Source: Anthoceros angustus (lineage: Eukaryota > Plantae > Anthocerotophyta). Taken from it: 64,000 nt of DNA. The notes beneath the pieces are model-generated. The model saw only the letters and a program-made list of their open reading frames with translations, was not told where the DNA came from and did no database searches. A program made the translations under genes and the position numbers. Position 1 is the stretch's first letter. The number at the start of each line of letters is the position of its first letter. Shown in pieces: positions 24,478 to 36,252 of the stretch. The stretch is from positions 434,001-498,000 of the forward strand of contig MU008189.1 in NCBI GenBank assembly GCA_010909165.1, read 5' to 3'.

Positions 24478-26162
24478 ATGGTGTTTCAAGATGCATTCTC
24501 CGCTGTTGGGGGTGGTAAGCTCATGTCATTTGGTGGGCTGCGTTCTGATGTTTTGCGATCTGGAACCACCTAATTTTTGGCTCTTGATCAACAGGGGGCC
24601 TCATTCCGCAAAGAAGGGGGGTGCGTGGCATCCTGGAGGCTGTCAACGTGCTGCAGGTCGGGGCAAATGCAACGGCCACGCTGGTCTTCCTGTCCCTTCT
24701 GCGTCAGATGGTTCCGCGGAGGTATTTGGACGTGTTGGCTAAGTGGCTGGAACCACTGCTGGACAGGATCAACAGGTACTGCTACTACAAGGTTCCTGAG
24801 AACTCTTCGGGACAAATTGTCAACGAGCTATTCGATGCTGTGCAAGCGCACCTTAGTGCAACCACAGCGCACAAAGCAGACAGAGCCTTGTTGCTGAGAG
24901 AGAAGGGGGCAGCCAAGGTCAGCTACATTGTTAGTTCCGGCAATGGCTGGATCAAGGACAGTTTCCAAGGAAACTCAATTTATTGGAAGTACAAGGTGTA
25001 CATACCCCCGCCCAGGAACGGTGAAGTGATGGACAGAGCGCAGGAACACCGTTCCTTCAACCTTAAGATTCACAAGGCAAAAAGAGATGAGGTGGGCTGT
25101 TTATGGCTATGAATTGGTAGTGTAAAAGCTGGACAGCTCTCCGTTTACACTTCGGTTTCTGACCTGTTTGAACTTGTTGCTCGTGGGCAGGTCCTAAATG
25201 CCTACATGGACCATGTGGTGAAGAACGCGGAGAAGATCATGGCTGCTAAGCGAGAACGAAAGCTCTACACTAATGCGTCTAAGTACTCGTGGAGCTCCAA
25301 AAAGTGGGCCGGCATTCCATTTCATCATCCATCAACTTTCCAGACTCTGGCCATCGACCCGGATTTGAAGAAAAAGATTGTGGATGACCTGACAGCCTTT
25401 TCCGAATCTGAGGATTTCTATAACAAAGTTGGGCGGGCTTGGAAGAGGGGGTACCTGCTCTATGGCCCTCCTGGAACTGGCAAGTCGAGCATGATTGCTG
25501 CCATGGCCAACTTCATGAACTACGACATATACGACCTGGAGTTGACAGCGGTCGCAGACAATTCGGAGCTAAGGAAGCTGCTACTCCAAACCACCAGTAG
25601 GTCGATTATTGTTATTGAGGACATTGACTGCACCATCCCGCTTGACAACCGGGCCAAGACAACTGTTGCGACAACGGAGAACGAGGAGGCGGGGAAGAAG
25701 AAACCTAAACCGGTGGAGGAAAGCAAGGGTATCACTTTGTCAGGACTTCTCAACTTCACCGACGGCATCTGGTCCTGCTGTGGCTCGGAAAGGATCGTCA
25801 TCTTCACAACAAACCACATTGACAAGCTTGATCCGGCTCTGCTGCGTACTGGCCGAATGGACATGAAAGTTCACCTGTCCTACTGCACATTCCCCGCGTT
25901 CAAGGTGCTAGCCTCAAATTACTTATACATAGATCACCACGAGCTTTATGACAAGCTGGAGAAGGCTTTCGACGGATCTCACATGACTCCAGCTGATGTG
26001 AGTGAGTACCTCATCAAAAGCCGTGGGGTGGAAAGTGCTCTGCTGATGCTGATAGAGGCCTTGGAGAAAAACAAGTTGGAGCCCCGAGCTACGAATGATG
26101 ATGCTGCCCCGAGGGCTGAGATTGGTGATGAGAGTAAAGCGATTGAAGAATCAAACTCTTGA
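24478..26162 (+). CDS. Plant BCS1-like AAA ATPase, paralog of the divergent neighbour; probably 3 exons, start inferred
   Basis: Same motifs as the neighbour (NELFDAVQAHLS, HPSTFQTLAID, GPPGTGKSS, IIVIEDIDC, LSGLLNFTDG, RTGRMD). The intron at 25092-25190 is at the same position as in the paralog. Confidence 0.9.
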
Positions 26163-26449
26163 CTCTTCAGACGGGAAATAAACCACTCGAAGGTCCTCCT
26201 TTTCCCATCCCGATCTTCCGGGTGAATGATTCCCCTTTGAACACATCGATGTTTCATAAAGTCATCCTTGAACCAAAAGCTGGAGACTACTGCGTACAAG
26301 GAGTGTGAGCTGAGTCACGGCCATTGACCGTGGGAAACCGCTACAGCTCGAAATGAAATGTGTTCATGGCTATCCCTCTCCGTGGAAGTATAGTGCTTTG
26401 CAAAATTTGGTTAGTGAGAAGTTAAGTTGAGAATTTGGCTAGCCGAACG

Positions 26450-29284
26450 TTACGCTTGCACCGATGCCTGAATTAAAGGTTGAAGTACCCCCTGTAACTC
26501 TAGTAGCGACTCTTGAAGGCGAACCTCCACCTTGACGTTCTCTTTCAGCACCTCAATCTGCAAAGCAGAAAATTTTTAAGATAAGAGACATGTCCTTGAT
26601 GCAACTTGTATGAGACTCCCATCAGCATAAGGTGAAGCAGAGAGGCGTACTAGATGCCTGATCGATGATGACTGTCCGAACACATTCCCATAAATGTCAA
26701 TTACTCTCTGGGCAACAGGGACCAGAAGTTTGGAGTACCTTGGCATAGTCACGTACCTACAAAGCATGGGTGAGCACCAACTCAACTGTAGTGACGCTAT
26801 CAGTTTTTGACGATATCAGTATTTGACAATGTCAGAATATCATCTTACTTACTTGACGAGAAATGAGAGGAGTAGCGCAAGACTAAGTGAGTCGCGATTA
26901 GAAAGTGCTGAGATCAGACCACTCCGAGCTACCAGTTCCTCCATCACAGCCACAACCACCTGCAGAAGAGGAGACTGTACATTAGCCTTGAAATTTGACA
27001 ATCATAGAGAAGGTTCTTGCTAAGACATGACCAGTCCACCAAAAGTAACCTACCCTAGGCTCAGCGGACTGGAGAGCAGCGTTCAGAGCTTCCTTGTACT
27101 GAAACTGCCGTAAGAATCGGTCATGCTCAGCCAGATGTGGCCGTTTCTCCTTGGCAACATAGTAATCTTCATCCTGTATTGCAGGACTGTTGAAGTCAAT
27201 ATCAGAAGCTGCCTTCTTGCAACAGTAGGAGATCAAGATAGAGAGTACCCACAAGGAACAGACTACTTACAGAAGCTTTCTCTGAATAACCACGGATGAA
27301 GTATCTGTAGTTGCTTGGATTCAAAGCTCTTTGCCTCCTGGGCCGCATTGGTCCACTTAACAGACCCTCATCAGAGGGCACTAGTTCTTTAGACTGCTTC
27401 CTTTGTCGGACATGAAGAGTTCCAGAAGACATGCCAGCAGCTAATGTGGTACCAGCTGGGGAAATGTTTAGAGACAGTATCGGGTGTGGATAGAGTATTG
27501 AATGTGCAACCTGTGAGAGATTGCTCCGGTCATTCCCAATGCACCAGATAGGGACGAAACAAGTGGCAAACCCACAGCAAAGTGACAAGCATCTAGAAAT
27601 TTGAGGATTCACCTTGAAGTTATCCAGATCGAAGACCTTGACATGCCCATCCAATGAGGACGTGAGCAATCGTGGGGAAGCTGGAGCTGAGGCAGATCCG
27701 GATTTAAGAGGGGGTGTTATAATTAATGATGTAACTGTCTTCTGGTGACTTCCGAGCACATGCAGCAACCTTCCACCTCCAATAATATCCCAAATCTTCA
27801 CTTCATTTCCTCCTGCGAATAAGATCCCCACTGCGTCAGTTTAAGTGTTCGAGAAAAATATTAATCAGATGCTGGTTTCAAGAACAGCCATTACCAGCAG
27901 TTGCCAGCAGTCCACCAGAAGGGAAAAAGAGCACATCTTCTATAGGTTTTCCATGCTGTTCATAGTCACGCTTACAGAAGGTTACAGGAGTGAACCAACG
28001 GCGGTCACAAAGAAAGCAACTACCACCCATCCTTCAGTGGATGAATCTAACCTGAATCTGCAATGAGCTTCTAGCTAAGCGCAAGTCCCACAATCTGACT
28101 GTGTGATCATAGGATCCCGTTGCCCTGTGGAATAGATTCAGTCCATCAGCAAGAATTACTGCAAAGGAATTACCACTGACAGTCAAGTAGCCTGAAGACT
28201 CTGGTCCACATACCATAGATCAGCACTTATAGGACTTGCAGTACCACATCGTACATAATCTGTGTGCTCCTCAAATTTCAAGAGCTCTTCCTGCAACCAG
28301 ACCAAGCTCAACTTAGCAAAATTTTGACTTGCTTTCACTGGAAAATTCTCTCACGAGAATGGCCCTCCAGTAGGCACATACATGCCATACGTAATTCACA
28401 TAGTCTGATCCTTGCCTGGGCTGCAACATCCCACCACCGCACGGTGCAATCATCACTGGCTGACAGAACATGAAGCTTCTCCAGGAGTGAATAGCGCACC
28501 CAGTGAACAGCCCTGCATGATGAAAAACTCGGTCACCGGAAGTTTGCAAGTCTAGAATGTATCCAACGCATCTTGCCAGCACAAACCTTGAATGACCCTT
28601 CAGCTGACGCAGAATCGTCCGACTATTAACATCAAAAACCTAAGTATCACAAAGGCACACAAATCAGCTGAAAGTTCGTTGGACACAAAACAATACACCA
28701 ACCGTTCTTCCATATACGCTCACCTGGACCATACCAAGCTCACCCCCCGCCACGAGTAGTTGCCCATCAGACCTAAAGCTACCAGAATAAGCCTGTACCA
28801 TCAAACACAAAATTCCTTCACGATTTCCTCATGTGTGCTCAACTCATTCACGCCACCAAACACGGTGGAATCAGCAATGGAGAATTGCCATACCACATCA
28901 GTAAATCGACCAAAGTTTTTCTTTTCTTGTGCTGTCTCTCCATTGTACACTGCCACCTGTGGAAAGAAACAACATCAGTCTCCAACTCCTTAACCGAGCT
29001 CAGACAAAAAAGCCCCATTCCCTTTGACGGGCTAACACCGAGGCAGACCAAATAAGAGGCAGGCCGCAAAGGGGAACGAAGCATACGCGAGTAGACGACG
29101 TGACTGCAAAGTCATAGGGAGGCACAGGACAGAAGTCTATGTGGGATATCCCAGCAAAATGTTGTGGAGTCGACACAGTCTTGAAAGATTTCCAAAAGCT
29201 TGAGTCACGCTCCGCCGGATTGCGAGGCGCTGGCGGTTCCAGCACCTGCACCGGCAAATACTGACCCGCAGCCGCTTTCTCCAT
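26450..29284 (-). CDS. UTP15: U3 snoRNA-associated protein 15 (WD40 + UTP15_C; SLOW WALKER1-like), multi-exon
   Basis: ISHIDFCPVPPYDFAVTSSTR, ATGSYDHTVRLWDLR, AGGNEVKIWDIIGGGRLL...HQKTVTSL, NYRYFIRG and HDRFLRQFQYKEAL; C-terminus LLELQGVLQPLIQASVQA*. Confidence 0.9.
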
Positions 29285-30179
29285 TTGGGATGGTTGGCTT
29301 GACTACAAGCCTGACCACAAATAAGATGCACATTCTTCTATGTCCATCCCTTTACACATATAGAGAAGACAAGTAGCGTAGCGAACTAATTCTTTGGCGA
29401 GAATCTTTAGCGAGACAATGGAACTAGTTGATTAATTTTATAGCAAGACTAGTTGATTAATGGTTTATAATAAAATTTACTTTATTAGTTCCCGACCCTT
29501 ATCGGTCTTATTTTATTGGTTCTTGATTTTATCCTTCCTGACCTCAAATCCTTTGAGGAGTAAAGCAGACATAGCCGTTTCTTGGTGACCCCTTGACATG
29601 TGTGGGATAGAATCTCAAAATCTTGTTGACTCTTTTGTGAGACAAGGATGAGGTCTCAAAAACCTTGTTGATTCCCTTAGAGCACCCGGATATAGGATCT
29701 CAAAAACCTTGTTGACTCCTTTAGGAGATAGGAGATACCTATCTATCTATCCGCCTTGACTTTATGCCCGACCACAAATAAGATATATGTACATACCTTA
29801 ATCTCTTTTTGGAGTGATGTAGGAGCTTATTTATATTTTTTACATACAAATATAGAAGACAAGTAACTAACTAACTATTTAACCAGAATATAACTAGTTA
29901 ATTAATTTTTTAATAAAACTTCTCTATTAGTTCCCGATCCTCAGTCTTACTTTATTAGTTCTCCATTTTTATTGTTTCTAACCCTAACTTGCTAAGTACA
30001 ACGTAAATCGTCAGCGCCGCCTCAAGATCGTTAGAGCACCTCAAGACCGTAAATGTCACCTCAACCTCCAGTACTATATATGTTTTTAGATCCAAATATA
30101 AAACAAAAGAATCTAATTAACTTGAGGAATGGAACAAACGGAACCGTCTCTTGCCGCGGAGTATATGGTATGCAGGATG

Positions 30180-32870
30180 AAGTTACATCCATGGGCTGTT
30201 AGGCTTTCTCGTTGTTTTCTTTCCTTCCTTTTTTGTTAACATGAAGTTCATGCATGTGGCCTTTACTGCTAATGTTTCAGATCAAAGGGCATATTCAAAG
30301 GAATCTTAACGCAAAAATTAACCATTAATGTTAATAACAAAGATATTTTTATTTGAGAAAATATCGAGAGAAACGTACATTGCTCGTCAACAGTATTGGT
30401 AGGAGATTGGTGTTAATTCTATTCAAAAGCTTGGGAGAATGTTGTACAACATGTGAAAATTGCACAAGCTAAGTCTCAAGAATAGCACACAGTTAAAATT
30501 GATTGTACACTTGTACAATTCGGCTAGCCCCTCAGCCCCCAGCTCACCGCGCGGTACGCATCCAGTCAGGGGTGTTTTGTCGCACGCGGGCTGGGAGCAT
30601 ATACCTTCAAACTTAAGAAATGGGTTACTTAGGAAGGGCGCGTGAAGAGCAGCATGTGATGCTCTTCACGCTCACTTCCTACTTAATGGCCACATCCCGG
30701 CAGCCCCCGCTTTCATGTTTGGAGAGGGCGGCATGTGCAGCGCCTCTGCCACCCGTCAATTCTTTAAAAAAAAAGGGTGAGGATTGGGCTATGGAACCGA
30801 TCCCCTTGGCCCTGTTTGACATGAGATCTTGATTGAAGAGGTTGCATAATTCTATGTATTTCACTATGTATGACGATCATGATTTATTTTGTGTTGTTGT
30901 ATTCGAGAACATATCTCTAAGAGCTTTGTGATATTCTCCCCTAACCGGAGCTTTAGATGCTTCATCATTTTGTAAAGTTCTGTAGTTATGCTAGAGAAAA
31001 GGTATAGAGTAGACGTAGAGGTAGCCTAGCCTAGTATCCGGTACACGGTAGGAGTGTAGCTAGCTAATACTCTCTAGAGCAGCCAAATTTTGTCACTAAC
31101 ATCCATGGGCCGTTAGGCTTTCTCGTTGTTTTCTTTCCTTCCTTTTTTGTTAACATGAAGTTCATGCATGTGGCCTTTACTGCTAATGTTTCAGATCAAA
31201 GGGCATATTCAAAGGAATCTTAGCGCAAAAAGGCTAAGGATTCAATTAAGGGTAATTATGAAGATTCTGATGGATAATATTTATTTTGAGATTCACCTAT
31301 ATTTATTACCTATGTATTCCATAAATATTCTAGAAGATTCTAGATTTCATCTACTGGACATTTTAAACCTAAATTAGGAAGATATAAAAGGTGTCTAACT
31401 CCTCTCGAAATTTTTAATACAATGGTATAATTGTCTCAGTCTAGTAAGATGTCACCGATTATGCAAACTTCGATACCAATATCATGAGAGACTTTATATT
31501 CCCACTTTATTCAAGAATGGGCTTGTCATTGGATTTGACAGTGGTAGTGATCTTAGCCTTCCGAAAAGCCGGTCTTCAAAAAAAATTAACCATTAATGTT
31601 AATAACAAGGATATTTTTATTTGAGAAAATATCGAGAGAAACGTACATTGCTCGTCAACGGTATTGGTAAGAGATTGGTGTTAATCCTATTCAAAAACTT
31701 GGGAGAATATTGTACAACATGTGAAAAATGCACAAGCTAAATCTCAAGAATAGCACACAGTTAAAATTGATTGTACACTTGTACAATTATATACTTAGTT
31801 GCACTCCTAGAGCATCTCCAAGTTCTCAAGCTACTCTCATTGATAAATATGATAAGACGTAAACTTCGCCATAATACATGTTCAAGCCTTGTTGAGAAGT
31901 AGGTAACTTATTACGAATCATTTCCTGTAACCTCGTAATGTGAACAAATAATTGCATTTACCAAAATTTTACGCCTATTCAACCAGATATTCTTAACAAA
32001 TTCCCCATATTGTTTCCAAATCGTTTTCTCTCCCTTTTTTCCAGTTTCTTGATAGTATCCTCTCCAATTTCTTGATAATATCCTCTCCAGTTAGGTATGG
32101 TCTTGAGCTTGATCGACTTGATATTGTGTCTTCCAGAAATAGTAGTAACTTAATTGCAGGAATAATCGATAGGAATGTTGCATCTCAATTTCTCCAATAA
32201 ATAGTTATAAACTGTAGATGAAATGCTTTTAATCTCATCATCATCATTAATAAAAAGTTCATTGTAGCTTGACAATTCAATGGAACTAGTCTACTAATGA
32301 GTGACACTCTCATATCTAGTGTACCACTTTCCCTCGCTAAATTCATGTGAAGAGGGTTTCTTGTTGCAAGTTTGATTTAGAACTACTTGTTCATTAGAAA
32401 ATTAGCGACAATCTCCTCTACGGACAAGGCACCCTTCTGGACTTGAGAGATAACGAATACAATGTTACGAGCTCGATTACTTTTGATATCATGATCAAAT
32501 GGCTTGGTGGTTTGCAAGAATGAGCTATTTGCACAATTCCTTCATGGTCATCGCTTTTTAAATTGTGCTAATGAAAATGTGAGCATGTTTTCTTTCCTCT
32601 ATTCATTCATGAAATGATTCATATGTCTCTTAAAACCTTTAAATTAAAATTCAACAAGACTTCCCCAAACTTAGCAAACTTTGGACGCACTTAGCAGATT
32701 ATGTCTAGAAAGAGGAATCTAGCCCTTGCACAGCTACAGAAGAAGCGAATCAGGAATATTTCTGATCTATTGATATTCAAATTTCGTTTCATTGCTGCCA
32801 GTTTTACTTTTTAATTTTTGGATGAAATGGTATCAGTCCAAGTTACCCGACTTAGAATACAGAAGACGAA
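30180..32870. pseudogene. Rearranged, degenerate copies of the AT-rich orphan gene/element at 44.1-46.6 kb
   Basis: 31380-31790 matches the reverse complement of 46400-45640 with a deletion. 31790-32610 matches 44690-45600 in the same orientation. 32630-32870 matches the reverse complement of 44380-44140, and 30780-31095 that of 44675-44395. Confidence 0.8.
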
Positions 32871-33167
32871 GAAAGTTTATTGTTGTCCACTTAGACGGAA
32901 TTTCTGTCATGGGACTTGATACTTAACTTGTCAGAGACCAACAGCATTTCACCACGGCTATGACAGCCCTCCATGCATGCAAGAATGTTGAGCCCACGCT
33001 CCATGTGCCTATCCAGATTGCTTGAAGCTCTGTCGAGGTACGTTTTACTGATCCCAGCAGCCAGACGGGGTGCTCGACCCCCAGGAACGATGACGTGGCT
33101 GTTGTAAGAGAACGAAATACTTCAGTGTACGAGTCGTAACAGGACTCCTCATATCCCTGCGCCCGGG

Positions 33168-35607
33168 TCACTTTCCGGCTCCCCCAAGCCGTAGGGCTTG
33201 AAGGATACGGGTAGCCCCAGGAGATGGATGCGGTCCCGTGTATCTTCCAAGCTGCAAGGACCGTGTCTCAGAGAAAGAGAAAAAGAAGATTGACATGAAA
33301 AGCAAAGACTAGGCGCGGCATTACCTGAGCTTCAGAGTTAGCTTTTGCAAGGGCCACAAGCCTCTCCTGGGCGGCACTCCAGGTCTCTTCCTGCGGGAAC
33401 CTCGCAATGTAAGAGACTTGCAACATACAAGAAGTAGAGTTTGGACACCGCCTCGATTACCTTTCCTGACCAAATCTTGAGAGTACTCGACTGTAGAGCA
33501 CGTCCATAAGAGAATGTCAAGGACCATGGAGTTGGTCCCACACCCTGCGTAAGCAAAGGAAACAGCTCAGGGGTCTGAAAATGTAGAACAGGTTGATCCC
33601 ACAGACAATGTGATTGATGGGTCATATTTTATTACCTGTAGCGCCTGGAGGTTCAGGGTTGCCTCTTCTTCACTCATTCCACCAGACAAGAAGTGAATTC
33701 CTGCAAATAGCCGCATCGGATAGGTGAAACTGTTCGTTCACATAATCCTGCTCGCGGGCCGCTGAATTGTGCTTGCTACCTCTGCTAACGTACCTGGAAC
33801 AGCTGCTGGCACGGATCTCAGCATAGTTCGGTAGGTGTATTGAGCTACCTCCTCAGGAGCAGGAGTTGGCACATCCAGCCCTACACAATCGATGTGTCAG
33901 AAGGAGGCAAGAAGATTTCAAATCTTAAGAAGGATATTGAAGGGGAGCATCATAAGGTACGGTGCCTCTGTAAGGAAACCGGCCTTACCCGGCAATATCA
34001 TGTTTGGTTTCAGCAAGATGCCCTCCAGTATAACGCTGCTTGTCCACAAGGCCACAACGGCAAAGCATCCTCAGACATGGTTGGAATTCCAGTAACTGAC
34101 AAGGTGAGCGGTATAACTCACTTGTATTCATTCAGTAATCGGAAGACATGTGAGTTGACCTTCTCTGATATGTAAGCTGTCCTCTCTATGCTGCAAGACA
34201 TTGTAGAAGAATCAAAGGCTTGCAGGATGGAAGTCTGTATCCTGCCAGCGAGGCAACTCGAACGAGAAAAATTACCTGTAATCCCCAGGACCTAGAGTCA
34301 CCTCGGGCTCTACTATTGGAACCAGACCATTAGCCTGGAGAATAGCCATCCAAAGATTCCACGAGCGTTATCAAACCGGCTCTACAAGAAAAGGACTGTG
34401 CTGGGTCACGGCTGCAGAATTAGCGGGTGAAGGCAGCTTACAAAATCGGTTACAAGAGAATGTGATCGTACCTGACAAATTTGGGCATAGCGTGCAAGGC
34501 CATGAGCATTTTCCAGGATGGCTGTGGAAGATGGATGCTTCTCGGAGTCGACCTTGATTACTGCCCTCCACTTGGCGAACCTAGCTCCCTGTTGGTAATA
34601 TCTGCAGGGGAAGCCCGCAGAAAGGTAGAACATGAGGGATGGTGTGTATGAAACTCCACCTCAGCAATCGCAACTGCAGGAACACAGTACCGCAGAAGTA
34701 GGAATAGGATACCTTCGACACCGATCAGCAAGGCCATCCAACCCCTGGGTGGCAGTCTCACCGTCTGTCCCATCGATTGGCTGTAAACCTGTATCCACCT
34801 TGATACCGGGCAGTATCCCTTGTTCCTTCAAGATGTCAACGAAAGGTACTCCTGCTCGGCTCAACTGGAATAAAGTCTCGTCGAACATGATAGTCCCGCT
34901 TATGTACTGCTCAGGTCACAGAAGGCAACACAATTTGAGGACTTGCTGCGTGGCAATCCCATCAGCCAAACAACATGCTTTCAGGAGTCTACTCCAGCTC
35001 GCCAAACACAATATTGACAGCTTTACATTACCAAGGCCCGGTGCAGAGTACAGCAATTCACGCCACGCCTGCCTATTTGCCTCCGTGTTCTCCAGACCAA
35101 CAGTTGCCAACCTAAACCACAGGCGGCAGCAGCAAGCCCGTTACACAGAGCCAGGCGGGCCAATCGACAGTTACTGCTACTGGTACCAACCTCTTGCCTG
35201 TCGTGGCATTACTCTCATCCGACGCAAGGATTCCTCTTCCAGGTCGAGCGATGTATGCCGCAGTGCGCTTCAACTCCGCGGCAAAAGGATTGCTTTTCTC
35301 GAAATCGGAAGTCATCACGGTTGTGAGCCTGGATTTGCTGTGATGGACAGTCGGAGACAGTTGCAGTTTTGCGAGGTGAGCAAAGTCTGGAACCAAGCTG
35401 GTGCCGAACATATTGGTGCGACAGGAGCTCAGCTGAGCCATGGATGCGCCTGTGAGGCCCTATTCAGTACTGTCATCAGACACTGAAGAAGCCGCAAAAT
35501 GCAGAGAAGCGAAACCTCGGGGACAGCAACGCAAGCTTACGATTCACGTCGAAGTGTTGCGACCCGAATGCACCGGCCGTGGCCTGCACAGCCGTGATCG
35601 TCGACAT
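33168..35607 (-). CDS. FBA: Fructose-bisphosphate aldolase class I, plastid-targeted, multi-exon
   Basis: Transit-peptide-like N-terminus, then [57 protein letters not shown] (Schiff-base Lys), [12 protein letters not shown] and [12 protein letters not shown]. It ends [13 protein letters not shown]. Confidence 0.95.
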
Positions 35608-36252
35608 CGCTGGTGCTAGTTGGGACAGTCCGCTCGTCCTGAAACCAGATAGGCCGCGACTCAAATGTCTGGTCCACAATTTCCTCCCGCTGGTCTTTGC
35701 TTGTGATTGTCTGGTGATCACGATGGTTCAGGAGTTCGTTTGCTTTGGATATGTGTTCTCTCCACTTGGAATGGCTAAGGCTACTTTCCACGGACGTCTG
35801 TCTTATCGAGAATTTACTTAAAATCTATAAAAATATTTGAAGAGTAATAAAAAATCCTCAAGCAAAACCGAGGAGAGAAACTAGAAATCCCAGGTTGGGC
35901 TCACGGGAAGTGTCACATTGCATCACTCTAGACAGCAGCAACATCGGCATCCACATCAAGAAGAACGATTAAATTTTTTTGAAGTCCACTAAGGATGTCT
36001 ATATAAATTGTGATTAAAATGTTTGGACTAATTAGTCTGAAGCCCGTGTCTGAACCTGTGGAAGACCACATGTACACTAACCCTTCCCTGGACTGTTGGT
36101 TTGAATGTTTTTTTTGTTTTTCTTATGTTTTGTGTGATGGAGTGCTTAGGAAATGTCCGAGGCAAGGCCTTTTATACTAAAAGTGGTCCTTGGCCCATGG
36201 CAATATTACTTTTACAAATAATTAGTCCTTGGGCCTCGAACCTGTGAATATC

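Noticed and set aside
30630-30681. Hairpin as a miR156/miR529 family member
   Set aside because: Only a short GCTCACTTC resemblance; neither arm matches the mature sequences.
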